From an uncultured Actinomycetota bacterium (GTDB lineage: Bacteria; Actinomycetota; Actinomycetes; JAFAQI01), in assembly GCA_963770565.1 (NCBI GenBank), contig CAVYQE010000011.1:672001-736000 (forward strand): DNA of 64,000 nucleotides, written 5' to 3'. The notes beneath the pieces were generated by a model. It ran no database searches. It was not told where the DNA came from and saw only the letters and a list, made by a program, of their open reading frames with translations. Below are positions 19,332-28,613 of the stretch, one piece after another (the stretch's first letter is position 1; each line of letters starts with the position of its first letter). A program made the translations under genes and the position numbers.

Positions 19332-20081
19332 TCAGACCTCCAGGGTGTCGCATCGCCGCGCCACCTGGATCTCGCCGGTATAGGCGGCGGTCGCCTCGGC
19401 CAGCGTCCGGGACTCGTCGTTCCACGACACCAGGTGGGTGAGCATCAACCGGGATGCGCCGGCCCGGGTCGCGTGCTCGCCGGCCTCCCGGCCGGTCAGG
19501 TGGATGTCCGGCGGGTTGTCCTCGCCGTCGAGGTATGACGCCTCGCACAAGAACAGGTCGACGTCGCGGGCGAGATCGACCAGCGCGTCGCAAGGGGCGG
19601 TGTCCGCGCTGTAGGCGAGGGTGCGGCCGCCGGCGCTGACTCGCATGCCGTAGGTCTCGACCGGATGGTTGACCCGGCGAAGGTCGACCTCGAACGGCCC
19701 GATGCGCACCGTGCTGTCGACCCCCACCGGGTGGAAGCCGTAGACCGAGCCGAGCAGTTCTTCGGCGTTGCGCGGGTAGGCGCGATGGACCGCGTCCTTG
19801 ATGCCGCTCGGGCCGTAGATCGGGAGCCGCGGTGCGGCCCCGTCGGGGTGGTATCGCCGCGCATACGCGTAGGTGATGAGGTCCAGGTAGTGGTCGCCGT
19901 GCAGATGCGAGACGACCACCGCATCCGGGCCGAGCAGCCCGCAGGTCTTGTCCAGCGTGCCGGTCGATCCGTTGCCGACGTCGAGCAGCAGGCGGAACCC
20001 GTCCTGCTCGATCAGGTACGACGAGCAACCCGAGTCGGCGGCCGGAAAGGTGCCGGCGCAGCCGAGAATCGTGAGTTTCAC
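19332..20081 (-). CDS. MBL-fold metallohydrolase (RNase Z/Rv1339-like phosphodiesterase)
   Basis: LTILGC.G.FP...CSSYL, SHLHGDH, YSADT, HLTGREAG, LTHL. Confidence 0.9.
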   Translation of the reverse strand: MKLTILGCAGTFPAADSGCSSYLIEQDGFRLLLDVGNGSTGTLDKTCGLLGPDAVVVSHLHGDHYLDLITYAYARRYHPDGAAPRLPIYGPSGIKDAVHRAYPRNAEELLGSVYGFHPVGVDSTVRIGPFEVDLRRVNHPVETYGMRVSAGGRTLAYSADTAPCDALVDLARDVDLFLCEASYLDGEDNPPDIHLTGREAGEHATRAGASRLMLTHLVSWNDESRTLAEATAAYTGEIQVARRCDTLEV

Positions 20082-20150
20082 GGCCGGCTCGACCGGGGGT
20101 CGGCAACGTCATCCACGCCAGAACAATACGGGTTGCCGGGATCGGTTCTG

Positions 20151-20186
20151 AGGGCCTTCGTCCCTTGATGTCGGGCCGTTCGCCAC
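20151..20186. promoter_or_regulatory. Tandem DosR/DevR-like boxes between MBL hydrolase and acg
   Basis: AGGGCCTTCGTCCC (20151-20164) and GGGCCGTTCGCCAC (20173-20186). Confidence 0.65.
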
Positions 20187-20312
20187 TGTCGCCAGGACCG
20201 GCCGGCGTCAATGCTCAAGGTAGGAGCCGTCCTGACCTCAGCGGGTTCGCGGCGGTTCGCACATCCCGGGCGTTGCCCGATCGGCGACGCGGCCACCGGA
20301 GAGGAGTGCGTC

Positions 20313-21317
20313 ATGCCATCGAAGATCAGTCATTCCGACCTCAGCGAGTCGCAGGTCAACTGGGTGGTCAGTCAGGCGACCCGAGCACCATCGGTCTGCA
20401 ACACCCAGCCATGGCGGTTCCAGTGGGACGGCAAAACCTTCTCGTTGATCGCCGATCTTGGTCGTGGCCTGGTGGTCAGTGACCCGGTCGGCCGCGAACT
20501 TGTGATCAGTTGCGGGGCGGCGCTGTTCAACCTCCGGCTCGCTTTGCGGCATCTCGGGCTGCAGGGCCGGGTTCAGATCTTTCCCGACCGAAAGGACCCA
20601 CACCTGCTCGCGACCGTCGACGTTGTGGACGGGACTCCGATCGAGCCCGCCGAGAAGCGCTGGTTCACCGCGTTGCCGCGGCGGCACACCCACCGGACCC
20701 GGTTCAGCGATCGCCCGATGAGCCCGGCGCTCGCCGTACGACTGCAAGAGGCGGCGGAGTCAGAGGGTGCAGTTCTCGAGTACGTCCGCGACCCCGGCCC
20801 GACTCGCCGGATCCTGGACCTGGCCCGGACCGCTGAAGCGTTGCGCGCGAGTGATCCCGAGGCGCAGGCCGAGATGGCGCAGTGGACCCCGGAACCGAGC
20901 AGCGCCCGGCGCGACGGCGTACCCGCGCGCTCCTACAGTTCTGGCCCGCCGGCGGCAGGCCAGGGCGACCTTGCCGGTCGCGACTTCGACCTGGGTCGCG
21001 ACTTCGGCCGCGCCGAGCCCGAGCAGCAGCCACCGACCGCGATCGCGGCCCTTGTCACCGAGGGTGACCTTGCCCCCGACTGGCTCCAGGCCGGCCAAGC
21101 GCTCGAGGCGGTCTTGCTCGCCGCCGCGGCGGAGTGGTCGTTTGCTTCCATTCACAGTCGGATCACCGAGGTTCCCAACCTGCGGGCCGAGTTGCGGCGC
21201 GAACTTGCCACCGCCGGTTATCCGCAGCTCCTCCTTCGGTTCGGCTACGCCGAGGCCACGGCGACCACCCCGCGCCGCCCGACCGCGGAGGTCATCGACC
21301 TCACCGCGCGAGCCTGA
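20313..21317 (+). CDS. acg: Acg-family FMN-binding nitroreductase-like protein
   Basis: RAPSVCNTQPWRF, DPVGRELVISCGAALFNL, RRHTHR, WLQAGQALE, PQLLLRFG, TPRRP. Confidence 0.92.
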   Translation: MPSKISHSDLSESQVNWVVSQATRAPSVCNTQPWRFQWDGKTFSLIADLGRGLVVSDPVGRELVISCGAALFNLRLALRHLGLQGRVQIFPDRKDPHLLATVDVVDGTPIEPAEKRWFTALPRRHTHRTRFSDRPMSPALAVRLQEAAESEGAVLEYVRDPGPTRRILDLARTAEALRASDPEAQAEMAQWTPEPSSARRDGVPARSYSSGPPAAGQGDLAGRDFDLGRDFGRAEPEQQPPTAIAALVTEGDLAPDWLQAGQALEAVLLAAAAEWSFASIHSRITEVPNLRAELRRELATAGYPQLLLRFGYAEATATTPRRPTAEVIDLTARA

Positions 21318-21354
21318 TCAAAGCTGGTCAGGGCCCGGCTGACTATGCGCAGTG

Positions 21355-21368
21355 GGGACCTTCGGCCC
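21355..21368. promoter_or_regulatory. DosR/DevR-like box
   Basis: GGGACCTTCGGCCC, ~60 bp upstream of 21431 start. Confidence 0.7.
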
Positions 21369-21430
21369 TACCCGTCCAGCAGGTCCCGATCTGAAACTTG
21401 GTGAGCGGAGCCCACCGAGGAGTGTGAGCA

Positions 21431-21658
21431 ATGAGCGTTGCGCAGCAGACCCAACTTCGTGACGACACGCTCGACCTCGTCAGCCGCTTGGTCCTGGAGT
21501 ACGACGGACGGGTTCCGCCGGCCGTGGTGATCCGTTGCCTTTCACAGGTCCGCTGGGAACTGCAGGCGGTTGGACTCCACGATGACCTGATCGATCTCAC
21601 CGAGCAGCGCGCGCGGATGCGGCTGGACGATCGGCCCGGAGCACGCGGCGCCGCCTGA
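21431..21658 (+). CDS. Small helical protein (paralog of 3899-4108)
   Basis: RBS GAGGAG; LVSRLVLEY...VIRCL...RWEL.A.G..DDLI...E.RAR.RL. Confidence 0.8.
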   Translation: MSVAQQTQLRDDTLDLVSRLVLEYDGRVPPAVVIRCLSQVRWELQAVGLHDDLIDLTEQRARMRLDDRPGARGAA

Positions 21659-21707
21659 ACAACGGCGAGGGCTCCCGCCGCGGCGGGGTGAAGAGCAAGA
21701 TGTCGTC

Positions 21708-22160
21708 ATGGCGGCGAAACCGAGGCAATCGACACCGGTGCGGTTCCCGGTCACGGCGCGCTGGGTCGTGCCGTTCTTCGGCTTGGCCGCGATCGGGTTG
21801 CTGACCTGGAGCATCTGGCTGGGTCTGTCCCTTCCCACGCATGCGACCGCGGACAACTACCGAGCAGCCTGGGTGGGGGTCGACGTGCTCGAGGTAGTCG
21901 CCCTCGGGTGCGTCGCGGTGTTCGCGCGAAAGGGCGATCCGCGGGTCGAGCTGCCGGCGGTCGGCTGTGCCGTTCTTCTGCTGGTCGATGCCTGGTTCGA
22001 CATCATGACCGCCGCGACGGCGTCGGCGCGGACCGAGGCGATCGTGCTCGCGGTCGTCGGCGAGCTCCCGCTCGCCGCCTGCTGCTGGTGGATCGCGCTG
22101 CACGTCGAGGGCGTGGTCCGGCTTGGTCGTCGGGGTGCCCTCGGCGAGTCCGACGACTAA
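21708..22160 (+). CDS. 4-TM hypothetical membrane protein
   Basis: Four hydrophobic segments, AWVGVD, LLVDAWFD, ELP. Confidence 0.8.
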   Translation: MAAKPRQSTPVRFPVTARWVVPFFGLAAIGLLTWSIWLGLSLPTHATADNYRAAWVGVDVLEVVALGCVAVFARKGDPRVELPAVGCAVLLLVDAWFDIMTAATASARTEAIVLAVVGELPLAACCWWIALHVEGVVRLGRRGALGESDD

Positions 22161-22241
22161 GTGTTGGCCGCCGATTGGCGTAAGCCCATAGCGGCCCTTG
22201 GCACCCTTGGGGTTCGGTCGCCGGCCGCCGAGGAATCCTTC

Positions 22242-22676
22242 ATGGGAGAGCGCACGCGTACGGCCTTGGACCATCCGCACCCTTGCGGGGCGTGCGGTGC
22301 GCCCTGGTCGCGGACCGAGCGGGCGGTGCGGTTCGAGCCGGACGGGGTCGAGATCTGGGTTCCCGTCGACCGCGACGGGAAGTGCTCCGCGGCGTGCTGG
22401 GACATCAGCATCGAGAAGTACGACCAGGAGCTCGTACGTCGAACCGACCTCACGATGTCCTATCGCTGGCTCCATCACCGCCGGGGCCGGCCGGACGAGC
22501 CGGTGTCCGACGCCCTGCAGGACGTTCGCAAGGCGCTGATCGAGGGCGTCGACGAGGACGACGCAGGCGCCGAACTGGTGACCGTCATGGAGGAGCCGGC
22601 CGGCGTGTCGATCGACCGTTCGCTGGCGAACATCTCGCTGCTCGAGCGCGCCGTCCCGGCCGCCCGGGAGGCGTGA
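22242..22676 (+). CDS. Hypothetical protein with N-terminal CxxC
   Basis: RBS GAGGAA; HPCGACG and CSAAC; GC3-rich codon usage. Confidence 0.6.
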   Translation: MGERTRTALDHPHPCGACGAPWSRTERAVRFEPDGVEIWVPVDRDGKCSAACWDISIEKYDQELVRRTDLTMSYRWLHHRRGRPDEPVSDALQDVRKALIEGVDEDDAGAELVTVMEEPAGVSIDRSLANISLLERAVPAAREA

Positions 22677-22701
22677 GCGGCGCCAGGCGTCGTCGCCGCG
22701 C

Positions 22702-23595
22702 TCAGGCGTTGATGTGCCAGAGCGCGTCCAGCCGCTGGGCGATGTAGTCGTGCGGTGAGAGCCCGGCCTTGGTGGCGAGCTCCTCGATCCGAGCAACGAT
22801 GGTCGGGTCGTCGATCACGATCGAGTTCGTGGCCGGGGGCGGAGTCGGGGTAGGAGTGGGCGCCGGCACCGCGAGCGGTTGGAGCACGGTTGCGTCGCCT
22901 TGGGTGGCCAGCAATGCCTCGAACGTCGCGGTCGAGTAGAAGAAGTGGCCTTCGACGCCGTAGCTCGTTCCCCACGAGTTGACCAACTCCCACAAGTCGG
23001 CGGTCGCGTCGTACCCGATGCACTCGTACTCGTGCCCACCGCGCACGGTTGCGCCCTTGGCGATGGCGACCAGACCCTTGGCGTCCGGGGTGTCGAACGA
23101 GGTGTACCAGTCAGAGCCGATGATGAACGGCCCGGTCTGGATCGCGGTCTGTGCTGCCGCAATCGAGGTGATGTGGGTGTAGCCGGAGATCAGGCCGGCC
23201 TTCGTCGCTGCCTTGGCAACTGACAGGCCGGAGGAGCCGTGGTCGTTCGGCGGGTACGGGCCATCGCCGTCGATCGTCTCGGCGGCGCTGTAGAGGCTGA
23301 GCGCTTCGGTCTCGTCGAGCTTCAGCCCTTTGGCGATCATGTCGGTCAGGCTGTCGAAGCCTGGTTCGGTGCCGAGCGCACCGGTCGCTGCATTTCCCGT
23401 GCAAGCGCCGACTGATTTCTGGTCGAGCACCGGGATCTTGCGGTCCCAGCGCGCGGTTGCGACGGTTCCGTCGGCCTTGACCAGGTAGGCCAGCGACCGG
23501 GAGTCGTGGTGCACGTGGCGGCCGAGCGGCTTGCCCTCGACCGGCGTCTCCGGGATGTTGCGGTGCGTGATCGTGTAGAGCGAGCTGTCCGTCAT
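22702..23595 (-). CDS. Papain-like (C1) cysteine peptidase with Pro/Thr linker and small C-terminal domain
   Basis: DQKSVGACTGNA (Q..C), GGHEYECIGYD (H), NSWG..YG.EG (N); RBS GGAGGA. Confidence 0.85.
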   Translation of the reverse strand: MTDSSLYTITHRNIPETPVEGKPLGRHVHHDSRSLAYLVKADGTVATARWDRKIPVLDQKSVGACTGNAATGALGTEPGFDSLTDMIAKGLKLDETEALSLYSAAETIDGDGPYPPNDHGSSGLSVAKAATKAGLISGYTHITSIAAAQTAIQTGPFIIGSDWYTSFDTPDAKGLVAIAKGATVRGGHEYECIGYDATADLWELVNSWGTSYGVEGHFFYSTATFEALLATQGDATVLQPLAVPAPTPTPTPPPATNSIVIDDPTIVARIEELATKAGLSPHDYIAQRLDALWHINA

Positions 23596-23965
23596 CGTTC
23601 GTCCTCCGTGCCCGAGAAGGATGTGCCTAGGGGTGAGTGCGGACATGTTCAGTGCGCACCAATGGCGCCGCGCCCGGCGAGGTCTTCGGCAACCGGCTCG
23701 TGCAGCGTGGGCGAGGGAGCGCGGGATCGGCTGTCTTCCCTGGAGGTTGCGGTGGGTCGATCGGCGAGGTCGACCGGGGTCGGTCTACCACCGCAGGTAG
23801 AGGTCGTCAATGAGCGTCACCCGACCGGACGTGTCGCGGTGTCAGCGGGTGACACCCCTTTGCGCGCAGGCGTTGGCACGTCATGATCAGTCGGTCGGAC
23901 CGCGCCCGCGCGGTCCGGAGGTACGCCGTGGGCCGTGCCTGCAGGTGCACCGGACGGGAGGAACG

Positions 23966-25534
23966 ATGGGCTCGAGGAAGCGAGTGGGGCCGACGGCGGC
24001 GACGGCGGCGCCGGCGGTTGCCACTGATGCGGCCTTCGCACCGGGCGGCTCGTCGACGGCGCGCAAGCGCCGGACTCTGCGCAACATCTCCGAGGTGCGG
24101 CACTTCTTCCGGACCAACGACGTCCCGATCTATTTCGTCGGCGCGACCCCCTTCAACCTGCTCGGTCTCGACCGATGGGTGCGCGACTTGTGGTTCGTGG
24201 CCTACTACGACGGCTGGGACGGCGCGCACCCGCGGATGTTCACGCCGAAACACAAGCCGTACACCGAGTTCGGCAGTGGCGAGGAGATCAACAACTGGCT
24301 GCTGAACAACCCCGAGGTACGGGCATTCATGGGCCGCGGGCTGCGGCCGGGTGTTCGGCCGAAGGTCGCGATGGTGTTCTTCAACGAGGAGACCGAGGCG
24401 ATCTGCGCCGAACTCGGCTACGACCTGATCCTGCCGCCGGCCGCGCTGCGGGAGCATCTGGACTCGAAGCTCGTCACGACCCGGCTCGGCAACGAGGCGG
24501 GCGCGCTGAGCGTGCCGAACACTCTCACCAAGGTCGACGACTGGGAAGGCCTGTGCAAGGCGGCCGCGAAGGCCGGGCTCGGCGAGGACCTGGTGGTCCA
24601 GACGCCGTACGGCGACTCCGGCAAGACCACCTTCTTTGTCAGCTCGGAGACCGACTGGAAGAAACACCAGAAGGAGATCGTCGGTCAGGACGTCAAGGTC
24701 ATGAAGCGGATCAACAACCGCCCGGTCGCGGTCGAGGCGGTGCTCACCCGGTGCGGGACGGTGGTCGGGCCGTTCATGTCGGAGCTCACCGGCTACACGA
24801 AGCTCACTCCTTATCGCGGTGGTTGGTGCGGCAACGAGATGTTCGCCGACGTGTTGTCTGGCCAGCTGCGCAAGAAGGCGACCAAGCTGGTTCGCCGACT
24901 CGGCAAGCGCTTGGCGGCAGAGGGCTACCGCGGCTTCTTCGAAGTCGACGTCCTGGTCGACACCGACACCGACGAGGTCTATCTCGGCGAGTTGAACCCG
25001 CGGATCAGCGGTGCATCCGCGATCACCAACGTGACCGCGGGGGCGTATGCGGATGTGCCGCTGTTCCTGTTCCACCTGTTGGAGTTCATGGACATCGACT
25101 TCGACCTCGACGTCGACGAGATCAACAAGCGTTGGCAGGCCCTCGCCGGCGAAGACGTGTGGAGCCAGATGATCATCAAGGAGACCTCGCCCGGCGTCCA
25201 GCTGATCGACACGACCGCCCGCACCGGGCAGTACGCCCTGGACGGCAGTGGTGCGCTGGTCTTCCGGCGGGCCGGGCTCGACTGGCACCAGCTGCAGAAC
25301 GAGTCGGAGGCGTTCTACCTCCGGATCTACGGCCCGGGGGACTACCGCTGGAAAGGCGCTGACCTCGGCGTTCTTGTCACTAAAGGTCGACTACAGGTCG
25401 AGACTGCGTCCGGCGCCACCGCGCTGACGATCCGGGCCCGGCACCTGATCGACTCGATCCGGGCCGAGTACTCGGGAACTGCGCTGGCCGACCCGGCTGA
25501 GGTCAAGAAGCACGTCGGGGTGAAGTCGGTCTGA
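23966..25534 (+). CDS. ATP-grasp ligase of unknown substrate (biotin carboxylase-like fold)
   Basis: LDSKLVTT, VVQTPYGDSGKTTFFV, GFFEVDVL, YLGELNPRISG. Confidence 0.85.
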   Translation: MGSRKRVGPTAATAAPAVATDAAFAPGGSSTARKRRTLRNISEVRHFFRTNDVPIYFVGATPFNLLGLDRWVRDLWFVAYYDGWDGAHPRMFTPKHKPYTEFGSGEEINNWLLNNPEVRAFMGRGLRPGVRPKVAMVFFNEETEAICAELGYDLILPPAALREHLDSKLVTTRLGNEAGALSVPNTLTKVDDWEGLCKAAAKAGLGEDLVVQTPYGDSGKTTFFVSSETDWKKHQKEIVGQDVKVMKRINNRPVAVEAVLTRCGTVVGPFMSELTGYTKLTPYRGGWCGNEMFADVLSGQLRKKATKLVRRLGKRLAAEGYRGFFEVDVLVDTDTDEVYLGELNPRISGASAITNVTAGAYADVPLFLFHLLEFMDIDFDLDVDEINKRWQALAGEDVWSQMIIKETSPGVQLIDTTARTGQYALDGSGALVFRRAGLDWHQLQNESEAFYLRIYGPGDYRWKGADLGVLVTKGRLQVETASGATALTIRARHLIDSIRAEYSGTALADPAEVKKHVGVKSV

Positions 25535-25654
25535 CCGACCGACCCGTTGCCGGCCATCGCCTGGCCGGTGTGCGAGTCTCGGGCACGGTACGGCGCGCGA
25601 CCACAGTCGGGTGCAGGCGCGGTCTGCGCGGTAGTCCGGGACGAGGAGGGTCAG

Positions 25655-26857
25655 GTGATCGGGGGCGATCCATCCCGGGTGCCGAGCGGCGTGGCCCTGG
25701 ACAACTGGCAACTCGCCCCTAACCTGCACTGGTCGTTCCAGCACATCGCCGACTTCCTGCCGACCGCATCGATCTCGCGCGGCGTTGGACCGGTCGCGCT
25801 GCTGCCGTTGGCGGCGTCGGCGATCAGCGAGATCGTCGTGCCGTGGAGCCGCGGACCTGAGGCCGGCCAGAGCCAGCGCACGGTCGGCGATGTCATCGCC
25901 TCGTCGATGACCGACGGCTGGATGTTGTTGCACCGCGGTCACGTGCTCGCTGAGGAATACTTCGGCAGCCTGGACGTCGGCACCCCGCATCTGCTGATGT
26001 CGGTCACCAAGTCGATGGTCGGTTGCGTGGCCGGCTCCATGGTCGACAGCGGCGCGATCGACCCCGAGGCGGAGTTGACCGCGTACGTTCCGGCGCTCGC
26101 AGCCTCCGGGTACGCCGGTGCGACGGTTCGGCACCTGCTCGACATGCGCTCCGGCATCGACTTCTCCGAGGACTATCTCGATCCGGACGCACATGTGCGG
26201 GTGCTCGAGGAGGCGATCGGCTGGGCCCCGCGCCGGACGCCGGGCGTGCCGACGACGATGTACGACTACCTGCTCACGTTGGCGCAGAAGGGCCCGCACG
26301 GCGGGCCGTTCGAGTATCGGTCGTGCGAGAGCGACGTCCTCGGCTGGATCTGCGAGGCCGCCAGCGGGATGCGGATGCCGGACCTGATGTCCGAGCTGCT
26401 GTGGGGCCGGATCGGCGCCGAGTACGACGCCAACATCGCGATCGACTCGATCGGCGTCGGCATGTTTGACGGCGGGATGAGCGCGGCGCTGCGCGACCTG
26501 GTGCGATTCGGGGCGATGATCCTGGCGGAGGGCACCTCGCTCACCGGGGCCCACGTGGTGTCACCGGCGTGGGTCGCCGACACGTTCGCCGGCGGCCCGG
26601 ACTCGCGCGCGGCGTTCGCGGCCAGCCCGACCGAGACCTTGATGACCGGCGGGATGTATCGCAACCAGTTCTGGTCGCCGTCGGCCGACCCGGATGTCGT
26701 GATCTGCCTGGGGATCCACGGCCAGATGATCTACGTCAACCGCCGGGCTGAGGTCGTCGCGGCGAAGCTGTCGAGCTGGCCGACGCCGCAGGACCCCGGT
26801 CTGCTCTTTGCCGCGCTCGATGCGTTCGACGCGGTCGCCAACGCCCTGTCGCTCTGA
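25655..26857 (+). CDS. Serine hydrolase, beta-lactamase family (NylB 6-aminohexanoate-dimer hydrolase-like)
   Basis: SxxK SVTKS, LLDMRSG, FEYRSCE, YRNQFW, LGIHGQ. Confidence 0.88.
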   Translation: MIGGDPSRVPSGVALDNWQLAPNLHWSFQHIADFLPTASISRGVGPVALLPLAASAISEIVVPWSRGPEAGQSQRTVGDVIASSMTDGWMLLHRGHVLAEEYFGSLDVGTPHLLMSVTKSMVGCVAGSMVDSGAIDPEAELTAYVPALAASGYAGATVRHLLDMRSGIDFSEDYLDPDAHVRVLEEAIGWAPRRTPGVPTTMYDYLLTLAQKGPHGGPFEYRSCESDVLGWICEAASGMRMPDLMSELLWGRIGAEYDANIAIDSIGVGMFDGGMSAALRDLVRFGAMILAEGTSLTGAHVVSPAWVADTFAGGPDSRAAFAASPTETLMTGGMYRNQFWSPSADPDVVICLGIHGQMIYVNRRAEVVAAKLSSWPTPQDPGLLFAALDAFDAVANALSL

Positions 26858-26934
26858 CTTTCGGGCCTTTCGGCACCGGCTGCCGACCGTTGCGGCGGAT
26901 CAAGACGCGGTAAGCGACTGCCGACGTTTCTTGG

Positions 26935-28005
26935 GTGACCCCGAGCCCGGCTGCGTTCGTCGAGGTCGACGTCACCTTCCGCGCCGTCGACGCCGGATCG
27001 AGCGTCGACGGCTGGCTCCCCGGCATGTTCGCCGCCGCGTGGCCGTCGTACCGGGCCTGGTTCCTTTCCGAAGGCGAAGCGGCCCGACCGTCGTACGCCG
27101 AGTGTGCCGAGCAGTTGCGATGGCACATGCCCGAGCTGGCCGGTACTTACGACGCGTTGGTTGAGGCGGTCGGTGGCGGCGACATCGAGGCGCGCTTCCT
27201 CAGCCACTGGTGCCCGCCGCCGCTCGCGACGGCTTGTTCGCTCGGCGTCTGGCCGGGCGGACCCAACGTGCTGGTCCGCAACTACGACTTCCCGCTCCAG
27301 CAGTGCGATACGACCGTGCTCGCGTCGGTGTGGCACGGCCCGCGCGTGCTGGCGATGAGCGACTGCCTCTGGGGTGCGGTCGATGGCATCAACGAGCACG
27401 GTCTCGCGGTGGCGATCGCGTTCGGCGGACGCCGCGTGGTCGGGCCGGGATTCGGGATCGGCCTGGTCGTGCGCTACGTCCTCGAGGTGGCTCGTTCAGT
27501 GGCGGAGGCGATCGAGCTGCTGGCTCGACTGCCGGTCAGCATGGCGTACAACGTCGGCCTGATCGACCGGCTCGGGCACGGTGCGATCGTTGCGGTGGCA
27601 CCGGATCGGCCGGCCGTCGTAACGCCGGCGCTCACTGCGGGCAACCGGCAGGGCCCGACCGAGTGGCCGGAGCACGCCGCGATGTGCGCGACCGTCGAGC
27701 GCGAGGAAGCGCTCGGTGTTGCCATCGCCGACCCGCAGCTGACCGCCGCCGGTCTCGTCCAGACCTTCCTGCACCCGCCGGTGTGGCGCGATCCCGCGAC
27801 GACGCCGTGGGGGACGGTTTACACCGCGGCGTACGACAGCGACTGGGGCACCCTGGACCTGCTGTGGCCGGACGAGGCGTGGCGCTTGTCGGTGCACGAC
27901 GCCGTTGACGGCAGGCGGATCCGTCGCTCCTGGGTGGCGATGCCGACTGCGGTCTGGCCGGTGGAGGGCGACTCCTGGGCGATGCCGGTCCCGGTGGGCT
28001 GGTAG
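26935..28005 (+). CDS. C45 family autoproteolytic acyltransferase/hydrolase (Ntn fold)
   Basis: HMPEL, A-CS putative cleavage site/nucleophile, LVRNYDF, DGINEHGL. Confidence 0.85.
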   Translation: MTPSPAAFVEVDVTFRAVDAGSSVDGWLPGMFAAAWPSYRAWFLSEGEAARPSYAECAEQLRWHMPELAGTYDALVEAVGGGDIEARFLSHWCPPPLATACSLGVWPGGPNVLVRNYDFPLQQCDTTVLASVWHGPRVLAMSDCLWGAVDGINEHGLAVAIAFGGRRVVGPGFGIGLVVRYVLEVARSVAEAIELLARLPVSMAYNVGLIDRLGHGAIVAVAPDRPAVVTPALTAGNRQGPTEWPEHAAMCATVEREEALGVAIADPQLTAAGLVQTFLHPPVWRDPATTPWGTVYTAAYDSDWGTLDLLWPDEAWRLSVHDAVDGRRIRRSWVAMPTAVWPVEGDSWAMPVPVGW

Positions 28006-28036
28006 TCGCTCGTTCGCGACCGCACGGTTCGCCACG

Positions 28037-28561
28037 TCAGCCGGCGACGGTGGCCGCCTTCGCAATCGCGCGCACTGTTGCACCGAGGTCGGCCCCGGCA
28101 CGCCCGTTGTAGAGCGGGCCGGTTCCGTCGGTCAATAGCAGGCCGGCCATGGCGACCCCGCGGGCCGCGGGTGCGAGCGGTGCGGACAGGACGCCGGCGA
28201 GTTGCCGGATGTCTCGTTCTGCGGCAACGATTCGGCCGCGCTGCAGTGGCACCTGACGGCCGGTGCCCGAAGGCGGCCGCTGCGCCCGGCTGATCAGCTC
28301 GCGCCAGTCGTCGGCCAGGCGCTGCCGCGACGTCGATGCCATCAGCAGCTGGGCGCGGGTGGCCAGCAGCCGGCTGGTCTCGGGCTCGTGACCGGCAGCG
28401 AGCCGACGGTCGAGCGATGCGCCGCGCAACCGGCTCAGCAGCCGGGTCAGCCGAGTGACCGGCCGGATCACATAGCCGGCGCCGCCCCGCGTGTCGATGA
28501 CGAGCACCTGCGCGGGTGCGCCGACGTCGATGGCCGGGAAGCGGGACTGTGTCGTCGTCAT
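28037..28561 (-). CDS. Conserved-looking hypothetical protein
   Basis: LDRRLAAG, ARGVA...LLTDGTGPLY; divergent from AraC regulator. Confidence 0.7.
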   Translation of the reverse strand: MTTTQSRFPAIDVGAPAQVLVIDTRGGAGYVIRPVTRLTRLLSRLRGASLDRRLAAGHEPETSRLLATRAQLLMASTSRQRLADDWRELISRAQRPPSGTGRQVPLQRGRIVAAERDIRQLAGVLSAPLAPAARGVAMAGLLLTDGTGPLYNGRAGADLGATVRAIAKAATVAG

Positions 28562-28613
28562 GGCCCGATTCTCCCGGTGACGGCGACGAGGCAGGTGTGG
28601 CATTATTGTCCTT

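Noticed and set aside
26863-26876. GGGCCTTTCGGCAC (and CGGACCTTCGGCTC near 54932) as further DosR-like boxes
   Set aside because: Weaker matches next to genes with no hypoxia link; could arise by chance at this GC content
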